Source: a virus (Duplodnaviria > Heunggongvirae > Uroviricota > Caudoviricetes). Taken from it: a stretch of DNA of 64,000 bases. The notes below the pieces were generated by a model, which did not search any database, was not told the origin of the DNA, and was given only the letters and a program-made list of their open reading frames with translations. The DNA lies in IMG/VR virus record IMGVR_UViG_3300010163_000008, positions 1-64,000 of that record; one strand, written 5' to 3'. Shown here in pieces: positions 61,901 through 64,000 of the stretch (the first letter of the stretch is position 1; every line of letters starts with the position of its first letter). Made by a program: the position numbers and the translations under genes.

Positions 61901-63996
61901 TCTGCATCAATATGTAATAATCCTTGATGCTCTTTTAATTTTGCTATCTTTTGGGCGGCTACTGATTCCATATTACTGCCTTTTCGAGCTTGAACATCAA
62001 GTTTAGACATTAATACTTCTACAGACATTCCAGCTTCATCAGCGGCTTTTTGTACTTGTTTTAACGCTTGAGCTACTAAACCAAACTCGCCAGACATTTC
62101 CATAGCCCTAGCAGTCTTATCTGCTTGTGAACCTATATCTACAAGAATATTCTGAATTTTCTTGCCGTCTACTTCTAAGCCTTGACGGTCTAGGTCGAGC
62201 AATACATCAGCAGTCCAACCTTCACCTGCATTACTGATAAGTTGATTTATGTATTTATTTACTGTGGATTTAGAAAGTACTTCTGCTCCATTGTCAGTTT
62301 GTAGAATAGCCGTATAAGATATTTCTACATCATTATACATATCAGAAGCACCTAGGGCTTGAGATGTAGTACCTTTTATAGCATTTAAATCTTTACCCCA
62401 TGATAAGAGTGCGTCTTTGTATTGTGCTATAGTTTCGTCTGTCCATTCCAATACTTTTGCTGAATTAAGATTTACGTTTCCATAGATAGTTTGATTTAAA
62501 TTCGCCCCTAGATTAGTAGCTTCATCTACAAGTTTAGTGTAATTATTGTAAATATCTTTATATTTATTATATAGTTCAGTGCCTGTTCTATCTACTCTTT
62601 CTTTCTGTTGGTCAAGAAGATTGATTTGATGCTCCATACGGGTTTCGTAATCATCCATCATTTCTTCTTCTATATCTTCAATATCTTTTTGTAATTTCCA
62701 CCACTCTTCTGCGGCGGCACGACTATCATCCGTTTCCGCTCCGTCAGCCCTTGCACGAGATTCTTCTGCTATTTTATGTTGAAGAGCTTGTTGTTTCTTG
62801 ATTATCCCTATTCTTTCTTCATAACTAGCATTATGATATTCAGCCATGGTAAGTTCATGTTCAAGTAAATCTACTTGTTTCTCAAGAGCTTCCTTCTGCA
62901 TATCAAAGACTTTCTCTTGCATCTCCCAGTCTTTATCTCGATATTGACCTATATCTTTATAATATTGTTTCCATATTTCTTCATATTTTTTTGCATATTC
63001 TTCTTGTGTAATTTCTTCCATTGCAAGTCGATGTTCTAAGACTTTTAATGCTTCCTCTGCGGCTGGATTGGTCGTTTCTTCCTTTGTAGAACTACTATCA
63101 GTCTTATTAGATGTAGAGCTATTAGACGAACGATTGCTACTTGAATTACTTCCACTGCTACTACGACTGCTTGAACTTCCACTACTCTTTGAGCTACTAG
63201 AACTAGAGCTTTTGCCCCCAGAAGAACTAGAAGAGTCGCTTCCAGTTTGTTGAGCATAATAATCGGTTGTTTTAATCTTAGTATGTATCGGTTTTAAACC
63301 ATTACTATGTTGTTCAATTTTACCTTTTGTAATCATATCTGTAACATTATGAGGAACAATAGTATCTCCGGGTTTAACATGAATTAATTCAGGGCCATTC
63401 ATGCCAACCATACTTTGTTGACCGTCTTTATCTATCTTAAGCTCTGGCCCTTCTTCGCCTACCATAGCGTTGATGTACTCTGACGCTCTCATTGGTGTGG
63501 TCATACCGTCTGATTTACGTTTACCTACAGCATAACCGGGAATAAAACCTGTTGCTCCACCACCTTTAGTGACTGTCACTGAACCACTTGATACAGCGGC
63601 GGGCTTATTCTTTTCCACATAGCTAACGGTAATAGTAATATTTTTGCTTTGTAGAGTGTCAATCGTAGAACGTAAGTTTACAACTTTACCATTAGAATCA
63701 TCAGCGGCAGTACCAATATTAGATAAGGATAATTGACAAGCGGCAGTACTACAACCGTTAATAGTATTTATAGCTTCTTGAATACTATTAACAACAGTCG
63801 TTTTTGTAGTTTCTGCTGTTGTTCCTACTGCTTTTAAGTTAGCTTGTAATCCATCGGTATTAAATGCTACTTCTTCCATAGATATCTGCATACCAGATAC
63901 AGAGTTTTCTATTTGAGTTTTTAATTCTGCACTAAAGTCTTTAACTTGAACATTATCTCCAAATTCAAAAGTGATGCTTTCATCACCATTGTTCAT
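58972..63996 (-). CDS. tail tape-measure protein (>=1674 aa; frame open beyond window end, probably 5'-truncated)
   Basis: very long, coiled-coil rich, Ser-rich low-complexity tracts, followed by tail tip genes. Confidence 0.6.
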   Translation of the reverse strand: MNNGDESITFEFGDNVQVKDFSAELKTQIENSVSGMQISMEEVAFNTDGLQANLKAVGTTAETTKTTVVNSIQEAINTINGCSTAACQLSLSNIGTAADDSNGKVVNLRSTIDTLQSKNITITVSYVEKNKPAAVSSGSVTVTKGGGATGFIPGYAVGKRKSDGMTTPMRASEYINAMVGEEGPELKIDKDGQQSMVGMNGPELIHVKPGDTIVPHNVTDMITKGKIEQHSNGLKPIHTKIKTTDYYAQQTGSDSSSSSGGKSSSSSSSKSSGSSSSRSSSGSNSSSNRSSNSSTSNKTDSSSTKEETTNPAAEEALKVLEHRLAMEEITQEEYAKKYEEIWKQYYKDIGQYRDKDWEMQEKVFDMQKEALEKQVDLLEHELTMAEYHNASYEERIGIIKKQQALQHKIAEESRARADGAETDDSRAAAEEWWKLQKDIEDIEEEMMDDYETRMEHQINLLDQQKERVDRTGTELYNKYKDIYNNYTKLVDEATNLGANLNQTIYGNVNLNSAKVLEWTDETIAQYKDALLSWGKDLNAIKGTTSQALGASDMYNDVEISYTAILQTDNGAEVLSKSTVNKYINQLISNAGEGWTADVLLDLDRQGLEVDGKKIQNILVDIGSQADKTARAMEMSGEFGLVAQALKQVQKAADEAGMSVEVLMSKLDVQARKGSNMESVAAQKIAKLKEHQGLLHIDAEKQRAGNNGKDTEKSMEDSDKWWDDQADILDIKEELYDFYIDNKQHEIDQISHHENTEYRQMAILEEMKQKAHQRAEELRAEGYSDESEAIRQLQNDWWDYEEQQRDIEASIHDNFMTDRQHEIDMLATKSGTEQAQLQRYAEMQEEVNNRIMALKRRGYTEESEQIQSLMDEQVSNLEAMEALYEKMYQNQLKRHQHTITEAEREGKSEGTQILELMAMQNLAEAKAQYLRKQGFTETSDEMMELAEEIWGYADQIEDLYNQAFDNQMNEISRSIDELNDKYDRIELEQGGLGETLDDYVKRVNATNKERLETERKILTAYKTQYISIMYEIDRLAAENADANKDRIQQLEDQARSIANTIRQEAEKMKQAALEEQQAIQTHQESIIAGLQSFTQDMIDDLEEQNDLIQEKIDLLEEEMDKEDEMLKEQELKKKLEEATLDLEKKKEALEKTKKNKVKRVFYAERGWVWEADKEAIEDANDALDDSKEAYEDAKKALEDFYKQQQIDAWKKEIEANNKKIESYNDYIQKLSQVSKQYEDHINRMNAAAWLGVTEGKKAYGQLAADTTYAKEVQAIIHKDMEDNLNLTIQNATGYLGQLRDSYVSTAESIKEIELTNIDAWEEALTRALDNVEAQANRAVEMVKKAQEMAKSDYETGKNYNYNTGTYGKPATSTSSNNNSNSSDKYTGPHRVVQVQSNGHAQPGLHKGDIVTTHGGSYVITGVNSDGTYQSEKWDNRASYAPPGSDTSDWYYGRTSSSSSSSSSSSKTSSSSSSSKKSSSSSAISTGAKVGSAVTGGSAIGTVVGGLVGAIGSFLSGSSSKKTSSSSSSSSKTTSSSSSSLTANRNQTYGSSGYTIITRSDGSTYSVPKSKYANGGVVDYTGDAEVHGSDRHSEVVFNAEDAKKLWSMIHTYNPDYALAENTNALYNKMNGVIRGMDNKVHDEGTVINISTVNLPSVQQPNDFVRRLKTVSLNRKG

Positions 63997-64000
63997 AGCG

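Noticed and set aside
63045-63257. Leu/Val-rich ORFs on both strands in the tape-measure poly-Ser region
   Set aside because: Artefacts of the low-complexity (agc/tct)n coding tract.
1-64000. tRNA genes
   Set aside because: Intergenic regions (for example 30526-30700, 7400-8013, 26935-27246) were inspected. None shows a cloverleaf with a GTTC arm and acceptor stem; the structured spacers are better explained as introns or regulatory hairpins.

Overview
The window looks like about 64 kb of a tailed dsDNA phage or prophage from a low-GC (Firmicutes-like) host. Two gene arms converge on a bidirectional terminator at about 30.7 kb.

The + strand arm (1-30525) is an early, nucleotide-metabolism and replication module. 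It holds a dCMP-deaminase-like gene, an NrdH-like glutaredoxin, and an anaerobic ribonucleotide reductase NrdD that appears to carry two inteins and a group I intron. It also holds NrdG, a circularly permuted C5 cytosine methyltransferase, an SPFH/prohibitin protein, a secreted 3D-domain protein and dUTPase. Further along are a Sak4-like ATPase, SSB, a Cas4-like nuclease, a primase-helicase, and a DnaE-type polymerase split by a 312-nt group I-like intron. The last gene I can name is a guanylate-kinase-like dNMP kinase. A family of near-consensus sigma-A-type promoters drives this arm; three carry a shared palindromic operator over the -10 element.

The - strand arm (64000 down to 30745) is a late, structural module. 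It contains a partial tape-measure protein, tail and baseplate proteins, five fibre-like paralogs with shared modules, a holin-like pair and an amidase endolysin. A second, CHAP-type endolysin sits separately beside the invertase gene.

The most striking locus is 44.0-54.1 kb. A small Hin/Gin-type serine recombinase sits next to an array of nine promoter-less tail-fibre C-terminal cassettes. Eight are in + orientation and one in - orientation. Every cassette begins with the same ~60-75 bp junction block, encoding LQxGKLIIWNNxLYFGNSSN, that also occurs inside the expressed - strand fibre gene (53230-54129). Two cassettes carry their own oppositely oriented chaperone-like genes. I interpret this as a multiple-inversion, shufflon-like host-range switch with about 10 alternative fibre tips.

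No tRNA, CRISPR array or reverse transcriptase was recognised.
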